NCBI GenBank assembly: GCA_040954595.2
Contig: CM082578.2
Span: 1,036,831 to 1,100,830 of the forward strand
Direction of reading: 5' to 3'
Origin: Balanoglossus misakiensis
Lineage: Eukaryota > Animalia > Hemichordata
Length of the DNA: 64,000 nt
Position 1 is the first letter of the stretch; every line of letters begins with the position of its first letter. The notes below the pieces were generated by a model, which saw only the letters and a program-made list of their open reading frames with translations, was not told the origin of the DNA and searched no databases. This document shows positions 37,058 to 49,456 of this stretch, piece after piece. A program made the position numbers and the translations under genes.

Positions 37058-38026
37058 GATTGGACTATCGGATAGGACCAGCACACAAACACGTTAAACT
37101 GAGTTGAAAGGTGCTTTATTCAACTGTAACACAACTAACTCTGTCAACATCAAACGGGTGAGAGACACGAATCGAAGTACAGCGTGAGAAAGCGTGGTGA
37201 AAGTTACAAAAAACTGATACAATCGATCACGTCACCGGACGGTCGGAAATACACCGTGAAATGATTGACATGACATGATTACCAAGAATTCATTCCCGAC
37301 ACGTCGATGCTGCTACATTTGTGCTATGGCATACCAATTTTGTTATGACAATTTCCGGTACTTTGTGGAATACTACCAACTCGGACGGATGAACAAAAAT
37401 CCGTTTTGGCTTCATGTCTAAGAACGGTTCGAACTTTCAAAAAATTATAAATGCCCTTTCCAAATGGAAACTTTCATAAATACTCGCGCACGCACGTAAT
37501 TCAAATAATTTTACATTGTCATTTCGGTACACCCGACTTCATGAGCTGAGCGGTGAGAGAACGTCTTCCGTCAAATCCAGTTATTCCCATGGAAATGTTT
37601 CTTTTGATATTTTGCGATGATACGAAATAGACCCTCGCCCATTTATCATGGCGCGGAGTACTAATAGAGAGTTAACGGGATATGATCTTATATATACCCC
37701 AATAAAAGATTAATTTCCAAAATACATTTGAAAAACATTTATAAAATTTATGTTTTCTCGACGATTGATCTCAAATGCACATACACGAAATACCATAATC
37801 AAAAGCAAAGTGTACTTTTTATAGCCCTATACACTATTCCTGATATCCGAGGCAGAAACGGTGCATTAAATACAGCGAGCTGATATTTTTTGTTTATAAT
37901 ATTTGTCGTTTCCTACAACGTTCGCTTCTTCTAAACGACAACATGAATATTCATGATTATTTGTGAACGAATGAGATTGCTTCAATCAGATTTCACTCTC
38001 AGAATCCACTAAATATTCATGACCAG

Positions 38027-38195
38027 TATATAAACTAAACCGCACCCCCAAATGTCTGGCTCACTTGACATGACTTTCTGGAAGAAGCCACTTCAGAAGT
38101 TCTCAAAAAGCGATACGATCTTCAGGACGACGGTTGGTGCGGTGTGTAGGCCTACAGTAGTAGTATAAACAGGGACATAGTTCAACTGGTAAGTA
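38027..38195 (+). promoter_or_regulatory. Candidate TATA promoter and non-coding first exon of the OB-fold gene
   Basis: TATATAAA at 38027, Inr-like TCACTT at 38061, donor CTG|GTAAGT at 38189, polypyrimidine acceptor at ~38387/38394 before the ATG. Confidence 0.5.
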
Positions 38196-38405
38196 CCGAC
38201 TTTATAATATAATAATGATCTGAGGGGGTTGATGTATACTCAAGATTTTTAAAATCGTACAAAAATGAATAATTGCTCTGTTACAATTTACATCATGTTT
38301 CAAAAATAAGCCCCGATCAAAAATTTCATTCCCATTTTTTTCTTCTCAACACCATCATTAATTTACCTTTACTCTATTCCTTTACAGTAAACAGTTCAAC
38401 CGAAA

Positions 38406-41400
38406 ATGGCAACCAAAAACAAAGATATATCAATCAAATTCAAAATACTAGAAAATCCAGAGCCAAGGATGTCAGTTGGTGGCCCATTCCACAACGTTAT
38501 GGCACTCGACGACCACGGCACAGTAAGAGAGGTGAAAATCTGGAAAGAGGCCTGCCTGCCCAAAATGAAAAAGGGCGCATTTATCGAACTGCGGCACTTC
38601 GGTACATGCGCCAATGGAGGAATATCCATCAACCGAAACACCAAGGTGAGTACAAAAAGCCCATCAGATCGCCCAACGAGTACAATACGAGTAATCGCTT
38701 TAGCAACTCCGCGTTCGCCCCACTCCCTAATCCGTCATACAAACGGACACGGTTAGCTTTGACAATAGTTTTGTCGACCTGCGGTGCCGATCCGGACCGG
38801 ACCAAAAGAGAAATACGTTGATTCAGAAAATGTTACCAAATAACGCTCGCGTGATCATACTCAAAAGGTTAGGACATAAAGTTATCGGGATTGGTAAAAA
38901 TGAACCGAAACACTCGCTTTGAACATAATTTTACACCTGCTCACCGATCTAACGTCAGAAATATAACCCAACCCATCATGTTTCCATTACAACGTAGTAA
39001 ATAAGCGTTACGGTCCTGATTTGTCACGCTGATCAGCACTTTCTTTAACTACGCGCATATAGCAGCGGACTATTCTCTAGCTACGACATGTCCGTACTTC
39101 TATCCGTGCATCCGTCACCAGCGATTCCTCACGCATTTGTGAAGCAATTTTTGAACAAATTGGTCTGAATAAATTACATTACGGTCTCCCAATGCACACG
39201 CTTGCTTTCACAAAATAATTTCATTTTGCCACTACATTTTACTCACCCAGCAGACCAATTTTAGCTGTTTTTGGTATAAAAGAATCTGCTCCTGTTAACT
39301 TGAATTCTGATATGCACATTCCCCGGGGTGACCATAACAATATTGTTCAATTAGTGGTGACAGTGTATGGGGAGGGGCAATTTGGCCACTTTAAGTAAAA
39401 AAAACCAACAGTTTGAAAGTGAAATTGTACTATTCCTATTTTGAAGGGGGCGGGGGGAGTTTGCCAATTTCGGTGTAATAATATATTCTCTGAATGCTCT
39501 TCCCAGAAATTTCTAAAACAGTATGCAGACTCCTGGGGTAACCTAATAGAAAGGCCATAAAAATACATATCCATGTAGACCAGGGGATGGGTGCATGATT
39601 CACTATCTCTTCACATGTTTTAATCAATAATCCATTTTATCGGGGGAGGGGGGGGGGGAGACAGACTAGTACTGCCCCTAACAAGATGTCACTGACACAA
39701 TGACAGTCCCCCTTCCCAGAGTGAAATCATCAAAAAATATTCTGGTAAAAGTTGGACAATCCCCCTATTCATGCCATACCACATGCAACACTGATGGAGT
39801 ACATTGTCATTTTCTTTCACAGATTGCTCACACAGGCACAAAAGCATTTAAAGTTAATGACAAAGCTGAACATGGCTTCTACAACCCAGACGAAGTTGAA
39901 CTGGGCGCAGTCCAACATTCTCCACTCAAAAGAAGGATGAGTGTGGTTGCCACAATCGACACGGTAGGCAGAAAGAAATGCAGTGTTTAAAGGGGAATTA
40001 GCTTTGACTTTTACCATGTATTTTCAGTATTTTTGACATGTGCACTAAATGCAACTTCTTTTTCTTTAATTGAAAATTCATTCAAAGACAGTGCTAAAAG
40101 TGAACGACCTTATTTCTCTGACACGGCCTTCGTCTGATCACATTAACGTTTCCACGGTAACAGTCAAGAGAACATGAACAGAGAGTTCAAAACTGCCTTT
40201 TTGAAACTCAAATCATACTCATAGACAGATTCACTCTGATTGTGTCAAACAAAACATTGATATCTGAATTCCCATTCTATTCATGAAGGTGTCTCCAGAG
40301 GTGCAGACGGTGAATAAAAGCCGGAAGAGAGATGTAACACTTACTGATGGTCAACAAAACGTAAAAATGAACCTGTGGGGATCCAAATGTGATCTGGACG
40401 TAAAGCCTGGTGCCAGGGTGAAAATTGGACCACTAACAGTGGACAAGTTCCGTGACCAGACTCAGCTCAACAGCACCATGTCAACTGAAATAGAGGTGAG
40501 TTGATAAACACTGCAAATACCACCACACTACCAAAACCTACCTACCTGTTCAAGTCACTTGTCCCACACATTCTGTTTGTTTCCAAACCATCCACTTTGG
40601 TACGCTATTTTACTCCTACTCTACAAACTGCCATTGATAGTAATCGGCATCAAACTCCACTCCACTGCTTTCATTTCAAATTATTCATGTCACAAACTTT
40701 TCCAACAGACAGGCAAATCTGCACTATATTTAAATAGAATATACCTTCATGTTCACAATTACAGTGCTTCACAACAATACTAGTGTACACAACTAATATA
40801 TTGCATGTTTTTGTTCACACACAGACAATAGAAGAAAAAGCAGACACAAAACAATACACAGGAACCCTGCAAGGCATAGACGAAGAAGAAAAGTAAGCAC
40901 ACAAAACCATTCACAACACAGACTAGCAAGGATAATTTTATCCTAGCTAAGGAGTCTCACCATGGTCTGTTGCTGATATGTAGACAGAGTGTTGGTCAGA
41001 CTCCTTAGCTACGTTAAATTATCCACGCTAATATCTCTGTGCAGAATGCACACAATCGTGTAATCAAATGCCATACACCCTACCAAATTCTGCACCCTGA
41101 AATTATGCTAGTTATACATTCTGCAAAATACCAAATGTACATTTTACTTCAAATATTACTAAACATGTGTCTGGCAACTACCTACTTCACTTAAAAACTT
41201 GAACCAGTTTCAAAATATTTTTCTACCAATAACACTGTCCGGTTTACACCAATTTACCAAGCAAGTGCATTTTGGGTAAGAACTGTATTCTGGGTAATCA
41301 AGATGACTTCCCCAAATTTCTGCATAAACTCTGGCCACAACATTTGTGACAGTCGGAAATTTCAGTATGTGCCAACTGTATATTTCAGTCCTTGATCAGT

Positions 41401-42131
41401 CCAAAAAAAAACTTTCTACCAGTGTATGTAGCTCTGTCACATGTTCTACCTTCACAGTATCATTCTACCGGTTATGATTGTCAGATTTAGCTTTGTCACT
41501 TTATAAACTTATAGGACTCATGGTGATATACTACACAATGATGATATCTACAAAATTGGCAACAACAAAATAATTAAAAAACCTTTCCTCCATTACAGTT
41601 CACTGATCATAGATGGAGCATACATGCTTTGCGAGGCTGACACAGCAGCATCCCTAGGAACAATTGATGACATCATTGACCAACTGCCAGTAGAAGTTAC
41701 CTACACAAAAAGAGGTCATACCATTACAGAAATAAGGTAACATTAAATTATGTAACATTTGTGCTTTGTATATGGACTTGCCCAGGATATCATTTTTGGA
41801 ACATCTTACAACTAAATTTAGTATCAATGGAGCTGCATTTATAGCAAATATTGAATTTCAACACATCAACACCTGAATCTGCAGACTGAACGATCTGCAT
41901 ATACAGATAAGTATCCGAGCTAACAGTACACTAAGCAATGGCAGATGATCCAGACCAAAGAGTACACAAAACAACACGACACACTTTAACATGTACTCCA
42001 ATTACCATCTACTCTATAAATACCCATAAAAAATCTTTACTTTTTTTTACTACAGGCTGAAAACCAAACCTGATGGTGATGGATGTGGTGGTGCAGCAGG
42101 TGACACTGGTGATGATGAACAGCTTGACTAA
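38406..42131 (+). CDS. Spliced tandem OB-fold ssDNA-binding (RPA/SSB-like) protein, 289 aa, acidic C-terminal tail
   Basis: Exons 38406-38645, 39823-39963, 40289-40495, 40825-40892, 41599-41736, 42056-42131; all GT-AG with compatible phases (0,0,0,2,2), total 870 nt. RPA-type motifs MALDDHGTVREVKIW and RKRDVTLTDGQQNVKMNLWG..VKPGARVKI..TVDKFRDQTQLNST; ends GDTGDDEQLD. Confidence 0.85.
40939..41018. repeat. Short hairpin MITE in intron 4
   Basis: tagctaaggagtctcacca / tggtcagactccttagcta; related to the TIRs at 47046-47533. Confidence 0.65.
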
Positions 42132-42459
42132 AGTTTATACAACTTGATTTTTGATTTCCTGTACAAGCCTGATTTCAAAAACTACAGAATTAAAGAAATC
42201 CATTTGTTATGGTTACCACCAGATCAGAATTTTGTTTTCTGTCGTTACTATACCCACAACAATTTACAGCATAAATACCAACAGCATATCAACTGTCTTG
42301 TCAGTTGTTGTTCAATAGTGGACCAACATTTATCAAAAATTATGACCTATTAATATTTGCATAACTTCTTGTGGCCAAACAATAGCTTACCACTAAAGCC
42401 ACAGATTTAACACTGTTTGAACATGCTGCCTCATGCACCACTATGCTGTGCACATGGGT

Positions 42460-42830
42460 TCCACCACTTGCTCCTCATATTTTCCCAGTGATCTTTGGCA
42501 CATATTATTTATCTGCATAACTAATTGGAAGCACAATGATAAGGCTACAGGTGAACTTGTGGATTTATATAGACCACTATCACACTAAATTATTTGCTAA
42601 ATTCACCCAAGTTGACCACATCCGATATACGAAAATCTAATTCTAGCCCTACCAAAATAGACTCCAATTTTATTCCCAAAATAATAGACACAAATGACGA
42701 ATATGCTAACCATGTAAAACCTTCTAGGCTAAGCAATGCAGCTAGACTTTAAACCAGAATGCAATCAAAATCCTTTGACAACATGTTGGATGACCTTGAG
42801 ATGACCCTTGACCTACTTGCTCATAACTTC
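42460..42830 (+). repeat. Degenerate Helentron 3'-subterminal repeats directly downstream of the OB-fold gene
   Basis: ttctaggctaagcaatgcagctaga..accagaatgcaatcaaaat..tgttggatgaccttgagatgacccttgacctactt aligns with HINE ttccaggctaaccaatagggctaga..accagtatggggtcaaaat..tgttgggtgacctcgggtgacctttgacctactt. Confidence 0.7.
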
Positions 42831-43476
42831 CCTCCAGACCAAGTACTACTCTTGCCAGTGGGGATATTTGCTATACCTCAATAACTATTGCAAACCTAAG
42901 TCTACTCATGTTCCATATCTTCGACACACAAAAAACGATTCTCGTCAGCGCGCGCCTCATTTGGAAGTCCCCCAAGCGGCCACTCCAACATTGACCTCCT
43001 CCCGTTGACCTTCCCGTTCCCTCACACGCCCCCCCCCTTCCCCCGCTCGTGGCGCTGTAGCTGTACCCGCGCCCCAATCATTCTCGACAAATACCGGAAT
43101 TCCGTGTGACGCTATTGGGTATAACGCTATACATGCAAAGGATCAAGGGAAACTAATTGGACAGACATATAACGGGAGTATAAAATGGAAGTCGTCTTGC
43201 CTGGTTGCCGGTAATGTGCCGCGGCCGTTAAAACGTTTATCTCTACAGACATAATGAGCGGAGCATGGATCCTTGCTCCGTTTGGCGTAGTGGATGACTC
43301 ACCAGGGATTTCGCTGTTGAAAGTGTTCGAAGATTTTCATTGCGGCCGGGGAATACTGAATTCAGGCCGCTGGCGACAGCTTCGTATTGCATCCCGAATA
43401 TGAAGTCTTGAAGATTTTCCGGTGGAATGCCGTGTAACCAAATTCCATAGCAGGTCTGTTCCATTCATTCCGTACC

Positions 43477-43548
43477 TAGCTGCAGTACAGTAGCTCTAGA
43501 TTTCATTTGTGATCAAAAACAAATCCTAGAGCTATTGAACTGCAGCAA
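43477..43548. mobile_element. 72-bp hairpin MITE with 8-bp TSD (hAT-like)
   Basis: tagctgcagt..tagctctag / ctagagcta..actgcagcaa flanked by TCCGTACC at 43469-43476 and 43549-43556. Confidence 0.8.
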
Positions 43549-43763
43549 TCCGTACCGTTCTCAGTCCCTGTGTTTGCTAGTAACTGATTTCGGGAAGTGC
43601 CTGTATGTTCATTGCCATTTTTGGTTCTAAAATACATATCCCTAAAAATGATTGTTCCATTGCTTTGCAATATACAGTTTACAGTACCCTACAAGGAAAC
43701 CCATACTACTGACTACTGTATATATACACAGCAGATTTCCTACATCATACATGTTTCCATTAA

Positions 43764-46685
43764 AGGGACAAAGTGTCTCTTTCTCTGCCCTTTTTTCCAT
43801 TTAGTGGAGCGGCCAAACCCTAGTTTTCATAGCAATTGTGCATTTTGTGATAAAAGCACCAAACTTGGCTCAGATGTGTGTTAATGTGTACTCAACAAAT
43901 TCAGAGAGCGAACCACTAAATATCTGTTGATGAGTTTCCATGGCAACCAATTTTTCAAAATGGCCACCAATACAGATAATTTCACCCAACAAATAACATA
44001 GATCTGTAAACACCAAAATAAATTAAGATTACTATATTTGATACAAGGAACTGTGGAAAGAATGATTTGCAAAGATATTATGGTTACTAAACTACTTAAA
44101 GGGGTAGGTAAGTTATCAAAACACAATTTAAAGGCACACCTTTTAATCCCTTTGTTCTCGGATTAATAGGTGCTCCTCTAGAAGTCAAACCATATACTGT
44201 CTATGGTCAAACATTAGGCCAATTGCGATATTTAACTTGCAGTACGTAAATTACACATATGAATCACAACAGTTTACCACCTTAGCTGATGATAATCATA
44301 TAAACAGATCACCGATATATTCGAATTGCACACGGATGTGGGCTTGGCTTACTCGTGACTGGTAAAATTTCCTTATCAACTTGATAGGAGAGTCCACTGC
44401 CCGAAATAGACGTTAATCCAAACTGAGTCCGCGGTCGTCGCGTTTATTGGTCGACAGACATACACATAGGGCCTCAAACGCAATGCAATCTAAATGGACC
44501 CCGGGTAACGAACCATGAGAAAATGTCGGCTTTGTTTCGACCACAATCGCGACCGCAGCGTTGACAACATTTTTTCGGGGCGTTGATGTTTGTCAAAATG
44601 CCATAGGAAATTAAAGAAACTTAAGTAGGATTGCTGAAACGTTAATAATCGACCATATGTCTTGATACTTTAGATCATGTATCAGTTCGACTCCAGCAAT
44701 TTTGGTGACTGTTAACAGAGTTGACCAAAAGATAAATGGCGTCTATGATTCCAAACTCATAAAAATTACACGGGAGGACACAACATTATTTTATTTGTCG
44801 AGAATAGTGTTCATCATGCCATAAATATTGTCAAAAATGTGTGTTAATTATAGAAACCCAACTAAAGATACAAGCAGTTGGCCTTTAGATTGGTAAATGG
44901 AAAAACAGGTCTTATTGCAATTTTCTGGGATTAGGTGGCCCAATGCTCCCAACATTCAAGTCACTTGGAATGTACTACCATTCTAATATCTCAATGTGTA
45001 AAGATCTGACTTGCAAGAGATATTACGCAAAATTTCATTTCATTTAATAGCATGAAGTAAGCGAAATCTTACTCTTTACAGAAAAGCTGTGATCCTGAAG
45101 ACTTTTGGTGTTTTGAAGCTTATTTTTACTTTATCATTTTATTCTTAGATTTTGGGGGTTCAAAAATACACAAAATAACATGTCAAAATAGAACTGCTGA
45201 CTATCATCAAGGTGCGATTAAAATTATCGATAACATGAACAATACAAAGCCCTTCAAGCGACTTCATCAAAACGCTTTCCGAAGGACAAGTATTGGATGA
45301 AAAGTTTGAAACAGATTTTGATTTTCATTCCTAACATCTATCTATGTACATGCAACCTAGACATAGTTAGTTTCTACAGTAACTTTAACAAACCAATCGA
45401 CTGTCATGATACTGGCTATCTGCCACCATTTTATGGGGAAGTGATTCTTTATTTGCATGAATCATTTGATGAACTTAAATAGAAAAGCTAGATTCTACAC
45501 TGATTCAAACTGGTCAGATCAATTTATAAGGTTGAGAAACAACATGCCGTTTTTTCCCTGGGTTGACTAAATTTGGAATTTTGTTCATCAAAGATATTTT
45601 TATGGGGAAAATAACGAATCAACTGAGCTTTACTTGTTAAACTTTTATCACAAAATGCCCAAATGTTATGAAAATGTTGTTTATGCCAGGCCACTATTAT
45701 AAAATATCTATGGTTATACAGTGACTGAATCTCGATCCTGTATTTACCCCTATAACTAGTTTAGTAATGATAAATATTTTGAAAATTACTCTTTGAACAG
45801 TTGTTTGTTTCAAATATTGTAATGTGAATTTATTTTGGTGTTTTATAATTGTTAATTTGTAGGTGAGATTATCTGTATTGGCGGCCATTTTGAAAAAAAA
45901 AAAATGGTTGCCATGGAAACTCATCAACAGATATTGTGGCTCGCTATCTGAATTTGTTTAGTACACATTAATGCACATCTGAGCCAAGTTTGGTGCTTTT
46001 ATCACAAAATCCACAATCGATCTGTTATGCCGCTCCACTGTAGACATTAAACTGTGTTTTATCCTTTATTCTGTATTTATAACTATTTCAGTGACCACAA
46101 ATACTTGGCAAATCACCCTTTCTATAGTTTCTGGTTTCAAATATCATAATCTGAAATTACCTTGGTGTTCTTTAGTCGTTATTTTGTGGGAAAGATTAAT
46201 GTAGTGGTGGCCATTTTGAAAAATGGTTGCCATGGCTACCCGTTAACAGATATTAAGTGGCTCGCTATCTGAATTTGCTTAGTACACAGTAACACACATC
46301 TGAGCCAACTTTGGTGCTTTTATCACAAAATGCACAATCGCTATGAAAATTGGGGTTTGGCCGCTCCACTAATTAAATATATTTGATACAAGACACCGTT
46401 TGTTTATTGTACATGTGGGTATATAGTGAATGAACGTTCAACCGCACACAACTTCCATCCCTCTTATAGACAGGAGAGTGAAAAAACTTGCCAAAATGAA
46501 TAGTCGTTCTTTACCATTTATTCATTTTGGGCGAGTTTTTACTCTCATATCATACAAGTGGGAAGGAAGTTTTGTGTGGTTGAACGTTGATTCACTATAT
46601 ATCCACATGTACATTAACATAAACAGTGTCTTGTATCAAACATAATTAATGGCAAAAAGGGCAGCAAGAGAGAGACTTTGTCCCT
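43764..46685. mobile_element. Kolobok-type palindromic MITE (~350 bp) split by a nested insertion
   Basis: TTAA|AGGGACAAAGT ... ACTTTGTCCCT|TTAA; 46375-46650 folds as a hairpin. Confidence 0.82.
43802..46371. mobile_element. Academ-like non-autonomous DNA transposon nested in the Kolobok MITE
   Basis: Long TIRs starting TAGTGGAGCGGCCAAACCC, 3-bp TSD ATT; an extra internal right-end copy at ~45740-46041. Confidence 0.78.
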
Positions 46686-47011
46686 TTAATGTAGCAGTCA
46701 ATGTCAACCCTCACACACCTCACCTTGAGGTATAGTGGGGATTTTGGATATTAGTCTTGTGAAATTTGCCAAATGCCCCACCCCATGGGGCAAGACAATC
46801 TGGCAAACCCCGTACACTTCCCCAAACCCAATGGGTGGGGCACTTATTGATTCTGTGCTTGATTGTGAAGATGACTAGTGGGTCAAAATTAAGCAATTGC
46901 CCCATACCCCTGGGCTTTGTTGACTTTTTCCCTGGCGAACCACATCTAAACCCCCACATTTATCCCGTATTGCTGAATCAACAAACCTTGAACTTGCACA
47001 ACCATGCAGGC

Positions 47012-47550
47012 CATTCTCCACGCAGAGACTTGGAGTGGATAATTCTAGCCTAGCTAGGGGGTCTGACCAATAGCCACAAGCAAATTAAAATATTCCAAAC
47101 CGGACCTTCTTTCAGTCCTGTGCGAGCCCAGTTGGGTCAATATCTATGGCGGACAGTTATATAGTCGCCACCATCTTCGTATATACACTTCAGACACTGT
47201 AGTTGCTTTGGTTTTAATGTCAATTTAGAGTCATAAGCTGCAATAACTTTCGCGATTGCGTTTGAAAAACCTACAGCAACGGGGGCAGCCATCTTGAATC
47301 GTCAATTCACATTTATGTAACCAAGGGCAGAATCTATGTTTTGCAAGTGTTCACAGATTCGAGGATCGACTTTCAAACTGGTTCATTTTTTAGTTCTCTA
47401 CAAAATATTAAACTTAAAAAAGACAGGAAATGTATATTATAGAAAACGCGCAACACCCAAAAAGTGGGTGTAAAATGTCGTCTGTGGCAAAGACTAAACA
47501 GCGGCTATTGGTCGGACTCCCTAGCAAGGTTAGTCTCTGCGTGGAGAATG
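47012..47550. mobile_element. Nested MITE pair
   Basis: Outer cattctccacgcagagact / agtctctgcgtggagaatg; inner tagcctagctagggggtctgaccaatagcc / ggctattggtcggactccctagcaaggtta. Confidence 0.7.
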
Positions 47551-47579
47551 CATGCAGGCCTGTGAGACCTTGTGCATAA

Positions 47580-49456
47580 CACTTGATTTCTTAATTACTT
47601 GCGTGACCTGGTAATTTCCCATATCCCAGCATTAACAGCACATACTGGCTGCATATCTAATCCTAGGTTAATCAATAGGGCAAGAAGTTAGGTACTACTA
47701 TTTGTTGCACATGGACCAGTATGGAACCAAGTTTTTTGACAAAAAGTGAGGGTAACCTGCTTATATGCGTATATACCTTATACATATAGACAGAAAAACA
47801 GACAGACATACATACATACAGACACATAGCATGATAACCCTGGACAGACCCTGGACCTCGGCACTACCCACCCTACCCACTCATACTACCAGTTGTAAAA
47901 GTACCAGAATCATGATTTTTGTGCACATGGGTATCACAGATCACAGACGCCAGGATTTGCCCCAAATATTTCGGTAATTTTACCAATGACCTTTGACCTA
48001 CTTTTAACACATTATTTCTCTGCAAATGCTTACCTTTATGTCTACAAGTTTGATTATTGATGCATGTGCATCAGTATGGGACTAAAATTTTATAGTGAAT
48101 TTTGCGACCCCCTTGACCTCTGCTCACATCATTTAATATGTGCATACTTAACCCAGTGCTTTTGCTTTAAACTTGTATCTATGGTAACCACATTATCAGC
48201 AGTGAATGCCACAATTGTAAACCAATGACAGTTTAATATCAAGCAATCTATGGAATTAAATGTAAACAAAGGGTATTGTGTCTTTGCTGGGTACATACAT
48301 ACAGACAGACACAAAATTCATAAAAAAACATACATACTAACTTGCACTGTACACATATTACACACATACTCAAACACAGGAGTAGAGAACTCTTTTTTTT
48401 TCATCATCCCCACCAGGAATCGAACCTAGATCCCTTATCACAAAGTGACAAGTATGTTAACCATTACACCATGGGGATTTTTTATGTCCACTCACTCCCA
48501 ACACACACTCAAATTGCACATTCACTGATTCACACATTCAACTCATCTAACACACCAGTTTCTTTATTTCAAAAACAACAAAAAATCATCAATGGATGTG
48601 AGAAATGACAGTATCACGAATTTCAAACATGATATATCTCGACATCCACAGCAGTAAGAGCCTTGGTATATGGTAGAATGGAACAACCAATGCAGTATTA
48701 TACATTACCTCATTAATCATATACTTACCAAATTCTAGGCTAACCAATATTGCTAAAGGTCTGAATTTACTTGCACGTGAACCAATGTGATCTACAAAAT
48801 TTTCTGGTAAAACTTTTCGTAACCTTGGGGTATCCTTTCAACTAATTTCATCAGTACAATATACACAACATTGTTATTTAGTGAGTATAACAGCTGCCAG
48901 CACTTGCCCCAAATATTTTGGTAATTTTGACAATGACCTTTGACACATTGTTTTCCTGCATATCTAATTCCTGGCTAACACATAAAGCTAGAAGTTTGAT
49001 TTATGATGCATGTGGACCAGTATTGGATCAAAATTTTTGGCCCAAATGTTGGGTGACCTCTGGTGACCTTTGACCTACTTTCGCATATCTCAGCATCCAC
49101 AGCAGATACAGCCATGGCATTTGGTAGGATGGGACCAAAATGTAAAGCCACATTTTTAGGTCAACTGTGACACCTGCTGACCTCATTAAATATGCACAAA
49201 CCTAATTACAGGCGAACCAATAGAGCTACAGTTTTGGTTTTTGTTGGACATGGACCAGTATGGGTCACAAAAATGTTGTGTGACCTCAGGTGACCTTTGA
49301 CCTACTTCACCCTATTTCAGCAGCAAAAATACACACATCCTTGTTATGTCATGAGATAATACATCCAATAGAAAATTCTGTTTCTTTTCATTCATACTGT
49401 GCATATATAATTCAAGATCAGCGCTTGGGCCCGACAATGCTGCTTGCAGCTTTAAT
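47580..49456 (+). mobile_element. Diverged Helentron 3' region ending in an intact 3' terminus
   Basis: Degenerate HINE-type subrepeats; subTIR GCTTGGGCCC at 49423-49432, hairpin GCTGCTTGCAGC at 49439-49450, then TTTAAT. Confidence 0.8.
48405..48478 (-). ncRNA. tRNA-like element (tRNA-Gln-like scaffold, atypical anticodon arm)
   Basis: ATCCCCA TG GTG TAATGGTTAA CAT A CTTGTCA CTTTG TGATAAG GGAT CTAGG TTCGATT CCTGG TGGGGAT G; all four stems pair, A and B boxes present, anticodon arm 19 nt instead of 17. Confidence 0.7.

Noticed and set aside
38273-38821. 182-aa ORF overlapping OB exon 1
   Set aside because: Alternative frame starting at a non-ATG codon in intron-like sequence; no motifs
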